Positions 1 through 13,009 of a stretch of DNA of 64,000 nt are shown here, in pieces. The position numbers were made by a program, and so were the translations under genes. The stretch comes from Eledone cirrhosa (lineage: Eukaryota). Location: the NCBI GenBank assembly GCA_964016885.1, contig OZ024743.1, positions 268,646,001 through 268,710,000 on the forward strand, written 5' to 3'. Position 1 is the stretch's first letter; each line of letters opens with the position of its first letter. The notes beneath the pieces were generated by a model. The model was not told the origin of the DNA and made no database searches. It worked only from the letters and a program-made list of their open reading frames with translations.

Positions 1-180
1 ATTGATATATATAAATATATACATATATATATATATATATTCAGGTTTGAGGTTCACCACTGTATAGAGCTGGTCTATTCCGTATGGTCAATCGTAATGC
101 AATAATATAGAGAGTACTCAACGTAAGGCAGTTCAACCGTCTTTGTTTTTGTAGTTGGTGGTGCTATTACGGAGTTAAAT

Positions 181-1436
181 ATTATAATGAAATGACAGGA
201 GGCTGGATTTGTGTAAATCCTTGAAAGGTTTATTATACTATGATCATTTCAATGACCGGGTTCCGTATGAATCCGGTGATATCACATTGGGACCTGTACC
301 CATTAGCACACGACATTAGAATGTCTCCTCCTGAGAACAAAAATAAATATTACACGACTATATCCCGTACTCTACATCCCACTAGGATAAATTACAGATC
401 TACATAATACAATTAACGTTTCTTCATAAAAGACTCTATTTAATTAAACCCCGCAACCCAAAACCTCATAGAAGTTATTTGAATGTTTAATCTTCAATTT
501 TCTGTTTGTTCAATTCTCAATCTTCTTACTCTTTAGTTTTATAATGTTATTCTGAATTCTTTCAACTTCATCCGATAAAGTTAAGCAATATTTTAGAGTT
601 CCAACTTTCTGTCGGACTGTTGGGTGGGTTTTAATGGCGGCGAGACCGGCCCCCTGGCGCACGAGCTTACCTGGAGTGCTTGGAAAAATAAATTTCCCCT
701 TCTTTCGGTAAATGAAAATACTCGGCGTAGCTTAATTCGCCATGGGGCCCGGGGCGCGGCCGGTGTTTTAACCGCCATATAGTACCTTTAAATTACAGAA
801 CAAATCGGAACTATTAGATATATCAACCTGAAAACATTAAACTGTTGAACTTTAAATTTTCTAACCTCTTTAATATTGAATATTGATTGTTAATTTTTTA
901 ACTTCATCCTATAAGTCCTTACTTTTCTACTTCTTTCTTCTCTTCCTTCTCTTCTCCCCTCTTCCTGTCTTCCTCCCGCAGACTTATCTTCCTTCCCCCT
1001 CTTGCTTGCCTATATCTGACGGTAGTAGTTGCCTTTCTTCTTTTAGCTGACATTAACCCTGGCTTCTCTTCTTCTTTCTTCCCCCTTCTTCTCTCTCCTT
1101 CCTTTCTTTCTTTCTTTTACCTTGTGTCATGAGATTGACGCTAACTTATGTTTCCATCCCTTTCTGTTTTCGTTTATCTGACCGGTAGTAGCATACTATA
1201 AACTTTAGCCAAGTCACTCGAGAGCGACCGGCTGAGGTTGAAGGAACAGAATAGCGGTCGCCCTCGGGTCCTCGATTTTCAGCCCCATGGATTTTATCTA
1301 TTACATTCACGTATTATATTTCGAATACCTAATGATATCACCGGATTCATACGGAACTCGGTCATTGAAATGATCATAGTATAATAAACCTTTCAAGGAT
1401 TTACACAAATCCAGCCTCCTGACATTTCATTATAAT
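181..1436. mobile_element. Inverted pair of ~104-bp pseudo-LTR-like repeats (181-284 / 1333-1436) flanking ~1 kb of uncharacterised sequence
   Basis: 181-284 is the reverse complement of 1333-1436 with ~2 mismatches. The right copy runs into (TA)n and overlaps a degenerate HHR. Confidence 0.75.
1325..1382 (+). ncRNA. Degenerate type I hammerhead ribozyme
   Basis: Stem I ATAC/GTAT; core CTAATGA (G5>A); hairpin stem II (ACCGG/TCGGT); GAAA; palindromic stem III TGATCA; UA site. Confidence 0.6.
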
Positions 1437-1466
1437 TATATATATATATATACATATAAATCTACA

Positions 1467-1502
<36 letters not shown>

Positions 1503-1669
1503 TATATATAAATCTACATACATACATATATATACATACCTTTACGTATGTATATAGCTATGCATTTATACATTTGTATATATATACATGCATTTATATT
1601 TAAGTGTGTAAGGTTATATATATATATATATATATATATGTTTGTGTGTGTGTATAATATATATATTAT

Positions 1670-1750
<81 letters not shown>

Positions 1751-1751
1751 G

Positions 1752-1990
1752 TGTGACAAGAAGCTTGTTTCCCAACCACATATTTCCGGGTTCAGTCCCA
1801 CTGCCCGAGCCGACCAAAGCCCTGTGAGTGGATTTGATAGATCGAAACTAAAAGAAGCTCGTCGTATATATGTATATATGTCTGTGTGTGTCTTTGCGTT
1901 TGTGTTTGCCCACCCACCAATGCTTGTTGGTTTGTTGACGTCCCCATAACTTACCAAGGTCATGCTCCAGTGTGGGCGTAGTCCAGAGAC
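1752..1990 (+). mobile_element. Decayed octopus-type tRNA-derived SINE (second family)
   Basis: AAGAAGCTTGTTTCCCAACCAC..CCGGGTTCAGTCCCACTG (B-box-like) followed by CCGACCAAAGCCCTGTGAGTGGATTTG; internally deleted. Confidence 0.55.
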
Positions 1991-2034
1991 AAAAAAAAAG
2001 TTAAATATATGTGTGTGTGTGTGTGTGTGTAGAA

Positions 2035-2435
2035 GAGGGATCTCAAACTCAAGGACACAAAAGGGCTATTACGTCCTGGAGGAGAGGCACAGTGGGCCAA
2101 ACGTGGTGGTGGGTGAACGTTTTCAACAGTTATAATCATTTCTACTATAGGAACAAGGCATGAATTTGAGGTTTAGGGTTCATTCGATTGCATCGATCCT
2201 AGTACAAAACTGGTACTTAATTCATCGACCCCAAAAGGATGTAAGGCAAAGTAGAGATCGGCGGAATTTGAACTCAGAACGTAAAAACGGAAGAAGTACC
2301 GTTAAGCATTTCGCCAGATGTACTAACGATTCCACCAGCTCGCTGCCTTATTTTCACCATGCGATATGAAATATTGGTTCTACCACGTGCCACACATAAG
2401 TAGTTCGCGGGCCGCATGTGTGAGCCGCATGTGTT
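2035..2435. mobile_element. Probable hAT/Charlie-type MITE remnant interrupted by a minus-strand SINE (~2132-2347)
   Basis: Left end AGGGATCTCAAACTCA and right subterminal GCGGGCCGCATGTG motifs resemble Charlie-type ends. The SINE core (TGGTACTT..ATCGACCCC..AAGGAT..AAGGCAAAG) lies between them. Confidence 0.4.
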
Positions 2436-2443
2436 GCAGATAA

Positions 2444-2492
<49 letters not shown>

Positions 2493-2550
2493 CGTGTACC
2501 AAACACACACACATTTCTTACTCTCTCTGTTCCTCCCTCTTTCTCTCTTC

Positions 2551-2657
<107 letters not shown>

Positions 2658-2658
2658 A

Positions 2659-2725
<67 letters not shown>

Positions 2726-2732
<7 letters not shown>

Positions 2733-3416
2733 AGTATATCTACCAACATATATAAACAGATGTATACCCATGCTAGCAAATATATATGTTATGTCTTAGT
2801 ACTTTTGTGGTTCTATGCAAGGGGATGCAGAACAATTATATGAAAGACGTAAAATAAGAAAATTTTAAAAATTAAAAATTAACTTACTAAAATTTTCACT
2901 CCAACTAATTAGTTTCTGTAAGGGAGTAAATATAATTACGTAATGGAACTACAGAGAATTCCTTACGTCATCAGGGAGTCTATTCTCAGCTAAGTTCCCA
3001 GGCAATGCGCGGACACTAGGAATCCATATAAAAATAATAATTCAGTGGATGGAATAAAGCTAGCGGGGACTAAATTCCAGAGCACTGAAAACATTCACTG
3101 CCTACGCGGTCAGTGGGAAATTCTAAAGAATCAATCACGTGACACTGAGGTCAATCAGTGAGGAGTGGGGTGGTATTATGACAAGTGCCTACTACTACTA
3201 CCATGAACAATGGCAGTAAATTTTGGCAAGTTTTACTCAACAAATAATTTGGAGAAAAATATAGAGAATTATTATATCTACCAACATATGTATACCCATG
3301 CTAGCAAATATATATGTTATGCCTTAGTACCTTTGTGGTTCTATGCAGGGGGATGCAGAACAATTATATGAAAGACGTAAAATAAGAAAATTTTAAAAAT
3401 TAAAAATTAACTTACT
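2726..3416 (-). mobile_element. Retrozyme/pseudo-LTR-like element, ~1.3 units of ~530 bp
   Basis: ~160-bp direct repeat 2726-2888 / 3264-3416 with an HHR between the copies; abuts a (TA)n(GA)n tract. Confidence 0.75.
2898..2979 (-). ncRNA. Type I hammerhead ribozyme
   Basis: Minus strand: ACTCC-CTGATGA-C GTAAGG..CCTTAC A-GAAA-CTAATTAG-TT-GGAGT. Stem I 5 bp, stem II 6 bp, palindromic stem III, GUU site. Confidence 0.85.
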
Positions 3417-4061
3417 TAATATGTGTGTATGTCTGTGTGTGTGTGGATTATTGTTATTTGGCGTTGTTGAAAAGAGCAGTGGCCTTTGACCTGGCAATAA
3501 AAAACTGTAAACAAAATTTTTTCTGTACCCAGACCAAGGCACACACACACACAAGTTTGTGTTGTGTGTGTGTGGTTGTGTGTGTGTGTGCGTGCGCGTC
3601 TATGTATGTTTGTGTGTGTCTGTGTATCTATCTATGTATATATAAGAGATACAAATACTACTTTCTCACTGTCTCCAAGCTTCTCAATTCATTCGTTGCT
3701 AAGTATTTTATTTTGCTACGAGGTATTTTATTTTGCAAGGTACTATTTTTTCCCTGAGTTTGTGATTTCAGAGAAAAGTAAGAAATTCTTCATATTTTAC
3801 ATCTTTTGTATTTTGATTTTACAGTTCGAATTGTAGAATTGTTTATCCAATCAAAATATTACAACAGCTAACAGTGAAATATAGAATTTAAAAAAAAGCT
3901 TTTTCGACTGAAATTAAGTCTTTGAGAACATTCACGTCTATTTTTCAAAAATATATAATTTGAAATAGTTTGCTTTTGTTTTGCACTAAAACTTTTTTTG
4001 TATTTAATTCGTACGGGTATTTTTTAAAGATCTTTTTAAAGATTCTAACATAACTTGATTT

Positions 4062-4535
4062 GGCCCATTACGTGCACTGCGGCATTCATATTTCTCAACT
4101 TATTATAACTAAGTCTGTACAACAAGCTTCACTTATCAAAACTGTTCTACATTACCTGAATAAATTGCGGAAACTATATAGTACATCAGGGAAATTTAAG
4201 CAAAGCGTATTTATCACAACATGATGAAGAAAATGAAGTACGTCACCACACTCCTTAACACTTGTGTGCCCTACTCGATGGTTAACACGATTTTCTGCAG
4301 TCAAAGCCCTTCTTGACAATTATTCAGATGTCCCTACTTCTTTACAAGAGGCAACAAATGAGTTTGGCACCAACATTGCATCCAGAGCTAATGTTATTCT
4401 TAGGTGTCACTCTCCGGGCCAATGTGTTCTTGGATTGCACGCTGTAGTTCCATTACTTCAATTCCTTGAAGGATTGAAGATATCTTTTCAAAGTATCACC
4501 TTCAATCTAGGTAGTATGTTGCTTCTTTGAACTGT
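4062..4535 (+). pseudogene. hAT transposase fragment (Tip100/ZMYM-like), frameshifted
   Basis: HYVHC motif near 4066 and CPTRWLTR motif at 4267, both characteristic of hAT transposases. Confidence 0.65.
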
Positions 4536-4539
4536 TCGA

Positions 4540-5822
4540 CTTTATCATTGAGTTTCTTCGAGGACGCAACACAGAACTGTATAAAAAAAACCTCGATGTG
4601 AGACAAGACTGCGCCTACCTCGCCGACATCTTGTTTAAAGCAAGGAATGCTGTGAAAATATTCCTGGCCAAAATGAAAGTCATCGAAAGGAATCTTTGTC
4701 GACGGGAATTCTATAATTTTCCTAGTGCCGCCAATGTTCAAAACATTGTGAGCGATGACCAACTCCAAATTTATACCGCACACATCCGTGCACTACAAGA
4801 CAACACGAGAGAACGGTTTGTCGACCTTTTGCAGATGGACATCCCAATGTGGATAGCAGATCCCTTCATAGCTAACGTCGACGATTTCAACGTTAAATTT
4901 CAGGAAGAATTAATTGAACTTCAGACAGATGACATTATCAAAATTAAATTTTCCAAAATAGGTGAACCCCTTTTTGGGATGCAAGAGGAAATTCAGCGTC
5001 GATTTCCACTCCTACACGCAGAGGCTAAGAGATTTGCTTTGCCTTTTCCTAGCTCATACTTAGTCGAGAGGGGGTTTGACGTTGTTTCCAGACTGCATAG
5101 TAAGGCTCGCAACGCTACAATGTGATTGCACGTGGAGATCTCCGGCTACAGCTCACGAAAATCCAGCCTGACGTCAAAGAGTTAGCTAAACTCCATGAAG
5201 CTCAAGGGTCCCATTGATACGAGGTCAAAGTAAGTCGATTTGTATTTGTAGTTGCAGTCTGACTGGAAACCATCTACCACAATTCACTTAGTCATTTGTT
5301 GTATATATTTTACCGTTTGTTTACTAATGAATATACCCTCTTACGTGGTCATGAAAACCCTCTTGCGTGGTCTCTAAGCTCACAAAGCGGAGGGGACATC
5401 AAGTTAGATATCAACATTTATTCTGTCCGTTTCATTAAAGGGAAAATTGGAAAGCTTTGAAATAATACAATTGCCACTTTCTTCCAGATAAGAGCACACT
5501 TTGGATAGACAGAGTGGCTCTTGTATAGATGTTCAAAATAGCTGGTATCGTCTGGTGGGAATATAACAAATTCAACTGGTCCTTATTCATAAAAAAGAAC
5601 ATTTATGTTCCTTTTTTTGAAATTTATATACTTCCTTTCAAGGAATGTATTTATACTTTCAACTGCCTGCAATGGTATCTTTGGAATATCGTTAATCAAT
5701 TTTTTAGTAATCTACTGATACCAAAATCAGTAGTATATTGAAAAATGGTAAAATAGGGTACGGGGGCGTTTCGTGATTTTGAGGGGCAAAGTTTGGCCGA
5801 AATGGGTTGAGAACCTTTGGCC
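4540..5822 (+). mobile_element. hAT (Buster/Charlie-like) 3' remnant: C-terminal transposase 4598-5217 plus right end
   Basis: AYLADI, RFVDL, WIADPF, QEELIEL, LPFPSSYLVERGF (hAT dimerisation domain), then frameshifted GDLRLQLT..SH*. TIR-like GGTTGAGAACC at ~5805-5815. Confidence 0.8.
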
Positions 5823-6109
5823 TAGATGATGCATATATTGCATATATATTTTATTCGGGGAATTTCTTTACAATAAAACCAGAGTTACATTATTCGATTT
5901 TTTAGAATGGTAAGGTGTGAGTTATGGCTGATTTGGCTGCTATTTCTAGGAGTCTACGCATCTACGTAAACAGTTTTTCTTTCGCATGTCATAATTCACT
6001 TAGTCAGTGTCTCTAAATCCTTTTCTTGTCAATTGCCCTTTAGTTTGATGTGTTCCACCATCACGTACAAAACTTGATATAGTTGTTCAAGAGACAGATA
6101 CAGTTGAAA

Positions 6110-6310
6110 GGGCAGGTGATGGATTGGCGGTCTCGGTAGTGGGTCAGACGACATACATTGCAGCATAGAGTTATAGTCCTTTACGGTCTGAGTTCAAATC
6201 CGCCGAGGTTAACTTTGCCTTTCATCCTTACAGGGTCGATAAAATAAAGCACCAGTAATGCACTGGGGTAATTGCTGACCTTTTATAAACAGTAGAAACA
6301 ACTATTATTA
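6110..6310 (+). mobile_element. tRNA-derived SINE with Deu/Nin-like core (dominant family in window)
   Basis: GGATTGGC..GGTAG head, GAGTTCAAATCC B-box, GCCTTTCATCCTT..GGGTCGATAAAATAAAG core, GTAGAAACAA(TTA)n tail. Confidence 0.85.
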
Positions 6311-6651
6311 AATTTTTGCGCAAAAAAAGAACTTTTGTAAAGTAGACAACATTCACTAAAAGCATATCAAAGAGAATTAGATATTGTTTTATAAAAGTAA
6401 TCTAGAAAGACTAGAGGTTTGTAAAGTATTAGGCGCAGGACCATTAGGTTCGTAGGTTCGAACCCTGGAATGAGTGGTGTATTGGGTTTGAGAGCAAGAC
6501 AGTTTATTTCAATGTAATTTTCGTATGTCTCTAAAATAACCAAGTAACCTCTCATAAGAAGCAGCCTCACTGGAAGCCAACTAAGCATGCATTGGTGTGA
6601 GCTATAACAAAAACTATATACATCTCTATCTCTCTCCTCTCTCTCTCTCTC

Positions 6652-6730
<79 letters not shown>

Positions 6731-6732
<2 letters not shown>

Positions 6733-6900
6733 CGAAGGAGGTGTGGTAAGGAGCCAGATGGACCATAACGCACCAGAGTTGGTAATAGGAAAATGTTTAA
6801 CCCCGACAGCAGAGATCAAGCCGTTTCGACGGCTATTTCTGGACTGTCCAGAAATAGCCGTCTAAACTGCTTGAGCTCTCCCGTCGGGGTTAAACATTTT

Positions 6901-6905
<5 letters not shown>
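6731..6905. mobile_element. Fold-back element in (TA)n: ~55-bp leader plus ~120-bp palindrome (6785-6905)
   Basis: Palindrome centred at ~6845 (TCTGGAC-T-GTCCAGA). Same family occurs at 41277-41372 and 59197-59354. Confidence 0.8.
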
Positions 6906-6943
<38 letters not shown>

Positions 6944-7114
6944 GGAATGAGATTTTAAAATAGCTCATATAAAATAATACATCCGATTATCAACACAATA
7001 CAATATAGTTAGCACCCCAAACGTTTAATTGGGAATATACTCCGGTATTTCCTAATGTTTGTTGAGTGAGTTGGAAATTGGTCGGAGTATCGCTAATAGC
7101 TTTCTCCGTTTATG

Positions 7115-7155
<41 letters not shown>

Positions 7156-7158
<3 letters not shown>

Positions 7159-7390
7159 TGGTTACACAACAGTTAGTTCACCATTTCGAGAATAATTGTT
7201 TCACGTTAGCGGATCCTCAGCTTGTAATGGACATGGTTATACTGAACAAGTCCTTCCTGTTCAGTATAACCATGGTTATACTGAACTGGTCCTTCCTGTT
7301 CAGTATAACCATGTCCATTACAAGCTGAGGATCCGCTAACGTGAAACAATTGTCCTCGGAATGGTGAACTAACTGTTGTGTAACCACTTC
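7156..7390. mobile_element. 235-bp fold-back palindrome carrying an HHR-like motif on each arm
   Basis: Arms are reverse complementary, and the centre has two tandem hairpins (GGTTATACTGAAC..GTTCAGTATAACC). Plus-arm HHR 7315-7364: CCATTACAAG-CTGAGGA-..-GAAA-CAATTG-TC-CTCGGAATGG. Confidence 0.8.
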
Positions 7391-7799
7391 TATCTAAGTC
7401 GTCCCGTGGACTGAGTGCTCTACCATTACGGATATTACTTTCCAGTGTTCTACTACTATATATATATATAGAGAGAGAGAGAGGGCGGAGAAAGAGAGAG
7501 AGACAGTGAGAGAGAGAGGGCGGAGAAAGAGAGAGAGACAGTGAGAGAGAGAGAGAGACAGAGAGAGACATATTAGCTCCCATTCTCTAATCCTAGTTCA
7601 ATCAACAAGCACACGGCGTGGGCAAACTTTGAGCTCAATCAGACAACTGTTAGGCGACCCTCAAACGCCTTGAAGTTGGAAAATAATATACGCAACGATT
7701 AATTCTGTTCAAAAGAAGTATAGTTTCCTATCTCGACCATTTTCTTTTCTCTTCATAGATAAATTTATGTGGACACAACGGCAACCACATACTGATATA

Positions 7800-8950
7800 T
7801 GTATATATGCTCCTCTCCTCCTCAACATCCAATTCCTGCCCTTCTCTTTCCTCCTCTATCTCACCCTTCCTCAGCTTCCCGCCCTTTATCTACCTCCATT
7901 TCCACCCCTTCCTCCCCTTGCCTCTCTGTTCCCTCACTTCCCCTTCCTCCATTTCCTGCCCTTCTTCTTCTGCTGCCTCTATCCCCTTCCTCCGCTACCA
8001 CCACTTCCCTCTTTCTCACTTTCCTTTTTACCCCTGCCCACTATCCCCTTTCCTCTCCTTGCTCTCTTTTCTCTCATGTTCTCATTGCTCTCCTTGCTCT
8101 CCTTTCCTCATTCCTATCCTTGCTCTCCTTTTATCCTTGCTCTCCTTACTCTCCTTGCTCTCCTTTTATCCTTCCTCTCCTTGCTCTCATTTTCTCATTC
8201 CTCTCCTTGCTCTCCTTTTACCCTTACTCTCCTTGGCCTCCTTGCTCTCCTTTTCTCATTGTTATCCTTGCTCTTCTCTTATACTTGCACTCATTGCTCT
8301 CCTTCTCCCCTTTTATCCTGGCTCTCCTTGCTCTCCTTTTATTCTGGCTCTCCTTGCTCTCCTTTTCTCTTTGCTCTCCTTTTATCCTTCCTCGCCTTGC
8401 TCATCTTTTCTCCTTGCACTCCTGTCTCTCCTTTCATATTTGCCCTCCCTGCTCTCTTTTTCTCATTCCTATCCTTGCTCTCCTTTTATCCTTGCTCTCC
8501 TTACTCTCACTGCTCTCATTTTCTCATTCCTCTCCTTGCTCTCCTTTTACCCTTACTCTCCTTGCTCTCTTGCTCTCCTTTTCTCATTGTTATCCTTGCT
8601 CTTCTCTTATACTTGCACTCATTGCTCTCCTTGCTCCCTTTTGTCCTGGCTCTCCTTGCTCTCCTTTTATCCTTCCTCTCCTTGCTCACCTTTTCTCCTT
8701 GCACTCCTGTCTCTCCTTTTATCTTTGCCCACCTTGCTCTCCTTTTCTCATTGCTCTTCTTGCTCTCCTTTTATCTTTGCCCGCCTTGCGCCCCTTTTCT
8801 CATTGCTCTCCTTGTTCTTCTTTTCTCATTACTCTCCTTTTCTCCTTGCTCTCCCTTTCTCCTTGTATCTAAGTACTTGTTTATATAGAAATACAATGAG
8901 AAAAGGTGAGCAAGGAGAAATATGAAAGCAAGGATAGTAAGGAGAGTATG
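7800..8950. repeat. Pyrimidine-rich degenerate minisatellite (CTCCTTGCT-type units) ending in a short inverted copy
   Basis: Repeating TCCTTGCTCTCCTTTT units. 8895-8948 matches the reverse complement of the unit. All three + frames are open only because of the CT bias. Confidence 0.85.
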
Positions 8951-9010
8951 CATATACATATCATATATATATATACATATATACACACACATATATATAT
9001 ATATATATAT

Positions 9011-9360
9011 AAAAACAAATAACGAAACGAAATTAAATTTCGTTTCGCTTCTAACTCACTTTTGTATGACTGACGCTTAAACAATTAAGTTAAAGTGTAC
9101 ATCTACATATGTATACGGAAGTACTAGTATGCATATAAATACACGCATGTATACATATGTACATGTACCGAGTTTTTCACTAGACACTTTACAGTGAGTG
9201 TCCAGCTAGTCTGTATGTAAACAAACAGACGAACCGGGTTTTAAAGTCATACGAGTTTTCAAGGAAACACACTTCCTCTATTCTCCAGAGAGCCAGACAG
9301 GAATATTGGACTAGTTTCGATGTTATTACATCTCATCAGCAATATATACCTATCTATACA
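9011..9360 (-). mobile_element. Diverged member of retrozyme family A, flanked by (TA)n
   Basis: Shares ACGAAATT..TTTCGTT terminus, GTAAACAAACAG block and HHR architecture with the units at 31641-32832. Confidence 0.7.
9299..9351 (-). ncRNA. Canonical type I hammerhead ribozyme
   Basis: Minus strand: AGG-TAT-ATATTG-CTGATGA-GATGT-AATA-ACATC-GAAA-CTAG-TC-CAATAT-T-CCT. All core nucleotides present, G10.1-C11.1, GUC site. Confidence 0.92.
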
Positions 9361-9362
9361 TG

Positions 9363-9608
<246 letters not shown>

Positions 9609-9699
9609 TTAGGTTAATAGGAGTTAGGTATTGTATACCCGTGTCCCATTAAGGTATTGGCAGCATAATAATTAGCTCTATGCTTTGGAGCAGAGCCGT

Positions 9700-11264
9700 A
9701 TATATGATAAAGAACACAAGAGCGTCTACAACATCAAAAGATTTGTATTGGCTTACAATGTTTCTTCCTTACGTAACCGTAGGATCCGTCAGAGCTATAA
9801 AAGGGGTTTGATTGGTGTTATGGACTCTACCAACCAAACATTCAAGAACAAAGAGTAAAGAGAGTAAAGAGCAAAAGCAGGGGACGATAAGTCTAATTTT
9901 GGTGCGGGAGGGTGGGGTGTGGGTCCTTGTTTACTAGCTGTGGTCATATTCATTCCCGGGAGTCGAGTGGTTAGTTGAGCCATAGATGGGGTGGCGTCGA
10001 TAGTAGGGTGCAGAGGGTGTGCAGAGGCTACACACACACAAAGGGCATACAATATATATATAACGGAGGAGAAAGTACATGAGGTAATTAGAAATGGAAA
10101 AAGAGTAATAATAATAATCTATAATTAATTGTTTCTACTTTAGGCACAAGGCCAGCAATTACCCAGTGCATTACTGGTACTTTATTTTATCGACCCCGTA
10201 AGGATGAAAGGCAAATTCAACCTCGGCGGGATTTGAACTCAGATCGTAAAGGGACGTAACTATGCTGGAAAGCATGCGTCCGACCCTCTACCGATACTGC
10301 CAATCCACCGCCCTTTTAGACCAGCCACGGGATGCCGAAACCCGGGATAATAATCTATAATTAATAATGTATAATAAGGCATGGGGAAGATTACACTATA
10401 ATAAGGTATAAAAGTAAGAATAAGGTAAAATATAAAGGAGGATAAAAGTGAAAATAAGAATAAAGATAAAAAAATATATATATATAAAAATATATAGAGA
10501 ATATATAAAGAAATATAAGCAAGTATTAGAAAGGGAAAAACACAATGTAAAAAAACCGATTTTTTTCAAATAAAAATATTATAAATATGGGGGGAGAAAA
10601 CGGGATAGAGAAATATAATCAAATGTGATTAGTTGAGAGAATATAAGATGATAATAGTTATGTCAAGTTTATACATCTTAATATATCAGAGTTACACATC
10701 CTTCAATTCACTTGCAAGTTCAACCCACGTGGCATAGTCCATTGTTCATCTGTGCGGTCATGTGCGTTTGTTTTTGACACCACAGCAGATGCACAAGTTC
10801 GTAAATTCCAATGCAGATAGAAATCTATTTTTGCTCACCCAGACATTGACGGAGGATCCAATATTCCTAGTTCAATATATGTGTGGTGTTATTTTGGTCG
10901 CACAAATCAATCACTTGGTTCAATATTATGGAGTATGGTTTTCTGGTCTTCGTAACAGTGTCAGTGGTTGTATATCTCGAAATCACAAGGATCACAGTAC
11001 TCCGGTTTGGTGTGATTATCGGTCATCCAACTATGTTAGTAAACAAGGACCCACACCCCACCCTCCCGCACCAAAATTAGACTTATCGTCCCCTGCTTTT
11101 GCTCTTTACTCTCTTTACTCTTTGTTCTTGAATGTTTGGTTGGTAGAGTCCATAACACCAATCAAACCCCTTTTATAGCTCTGACGGATCCTACGGTTAC
11201 GTAAGGAAGAAACATTGTAAGCCAATAAAAATCTTTTGATGTTGTAGACGCTCTTGTGTTCTTT

Positions 11265-11272
<8 letters not shown>
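9700..11272. mobile_element. Penelope-type inverted pseudo-LTR pair (~9700-9936 / ~11037-11272) with a SINE (10125-10313) inside
   Basis: ~235-bp near-perfect inverted repeats ending in (TA)n. Each holds an HHR-like motif (11176-11224: TAGCT-CTGACGG-hairpin-GAAA-CATTG-TA-AGCCA). Possible decayed GIY-YIG remnant (IFLVQYMCG / YFGRTNQSL) at ~10860-10935. Confidence 0.7.
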
Positions 11273-11325
<53 letters not shown>

Positions 11326-11765
11326 TACTCAATACCGAGTACTCATTTCTCTCAGCTGTCAACCACAATACGGATATGTATATATTAGGGTGGCCCTTAG
11401 CAATAGGTAATCCGAAAATTAACATTTTGCTGCTCCCACAGTGAAAAATAAATGTGTGCCCTATACCCTAGCTCTGTCTCCAGCTTTGCAAGTTGCCTTC
11501 CTAATTATATTTATTGTCACTCATCCTTCTAATACAAAGAATAAGTCTGAACAAGTTTTTAATTTAAGAGAAAATTATATAAGAGATAAAAATTTTATCT
11601 GAAAAAATGACTTTTCGGACGAAAACTTCAAAATTTCACGGACAATGAGGGTCGCCTTAGAATTGTCTGCTTGAGGTACAATTTTGCATAGATCGGTTTC
11701 TTATTAATTGAAATAAGATAGTGGGAGCTAAACTTTAAGAAAGTTGAAAAATAAGGGCCAATCTG

Positions 11766-11873
<108 letters not shown>

Positions 11874-12581
11874 AATTTTGATCAGTACACAATAATATCG
11901 ATCATATAATTTGATAATCGCCCGATGACACATAAGATAATATAATCTAGACAAACGTATTGAGCACCATGCGTAGATATATAAATATAAAGAGCATAAC
12001 AAAAGCGGGAAAGGAAGCAATGAACTTACATGAAGATGGTAAATATCTATTCTTAAGGCTTATAATGATCTGCTTCGAGCCGAAAAGTAATAATGCAGAT
12101 TACCATTATATAGATAAAGTGCATCATAAAGAAGTGTGGCACTCGTCAGAAGTCAACATCTCATTATTTACGCATATCTCCAGCTATCAGCCAAACAATC
12201 CAATCACAATGAGTGAAAGAACATGTATTATAACAACTAAGCCGAAGGATAGAGGCAGACCAATAAGAAAGCTCCGCGTTAGGCCCATAATTCAGCTCAA
12301 CAAAAGCTACAAATATCAAAAGCAGAGACACAAAAATAAGTTTGATCAATACACAATAATGTCGATCATATTGTCTTGTAATCGCTCAATGACAAACTAG
12401 TTGCAAAAAGAACTGGTCAGAGCGCACACACCAGTTAATAATTGTTTCTACTGTTTACACAAAGCCAGCAATTATCCCAGTGCATTACTGGTACTCTATT
12501 TTATCGACCCCGTTAGGATGAAAGGTAAAGTCAAACTCTGCGAGATTTGAACTCAAACCATAAAGGGTGGTAATAATACCT

Positions 12582-13005
<424 letters not shown>

Positions 13006-13009
13006 ATAA

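Noticed and set aside
6110-6310. tRNA gene calls at A/B-box sequences
   Set aside because: These are SINE heads continuing into a SINE core and tail, with no complete cloverleaf.
7044-7091. HHR-like motif with good stem I (GGTATTTC/GGAGTATC) and GUC
   Set aside because: Core CTAATGT has two changes and stem II does not pair; counted only as a relic, not called as a feature.
7767-8925. Three overlapping ~370-aa Leu/Ser/Pro/Cys ORFs
   Set aside because: All three frames are open because a CT-rich minisatellite lacks stop codons; no domain.
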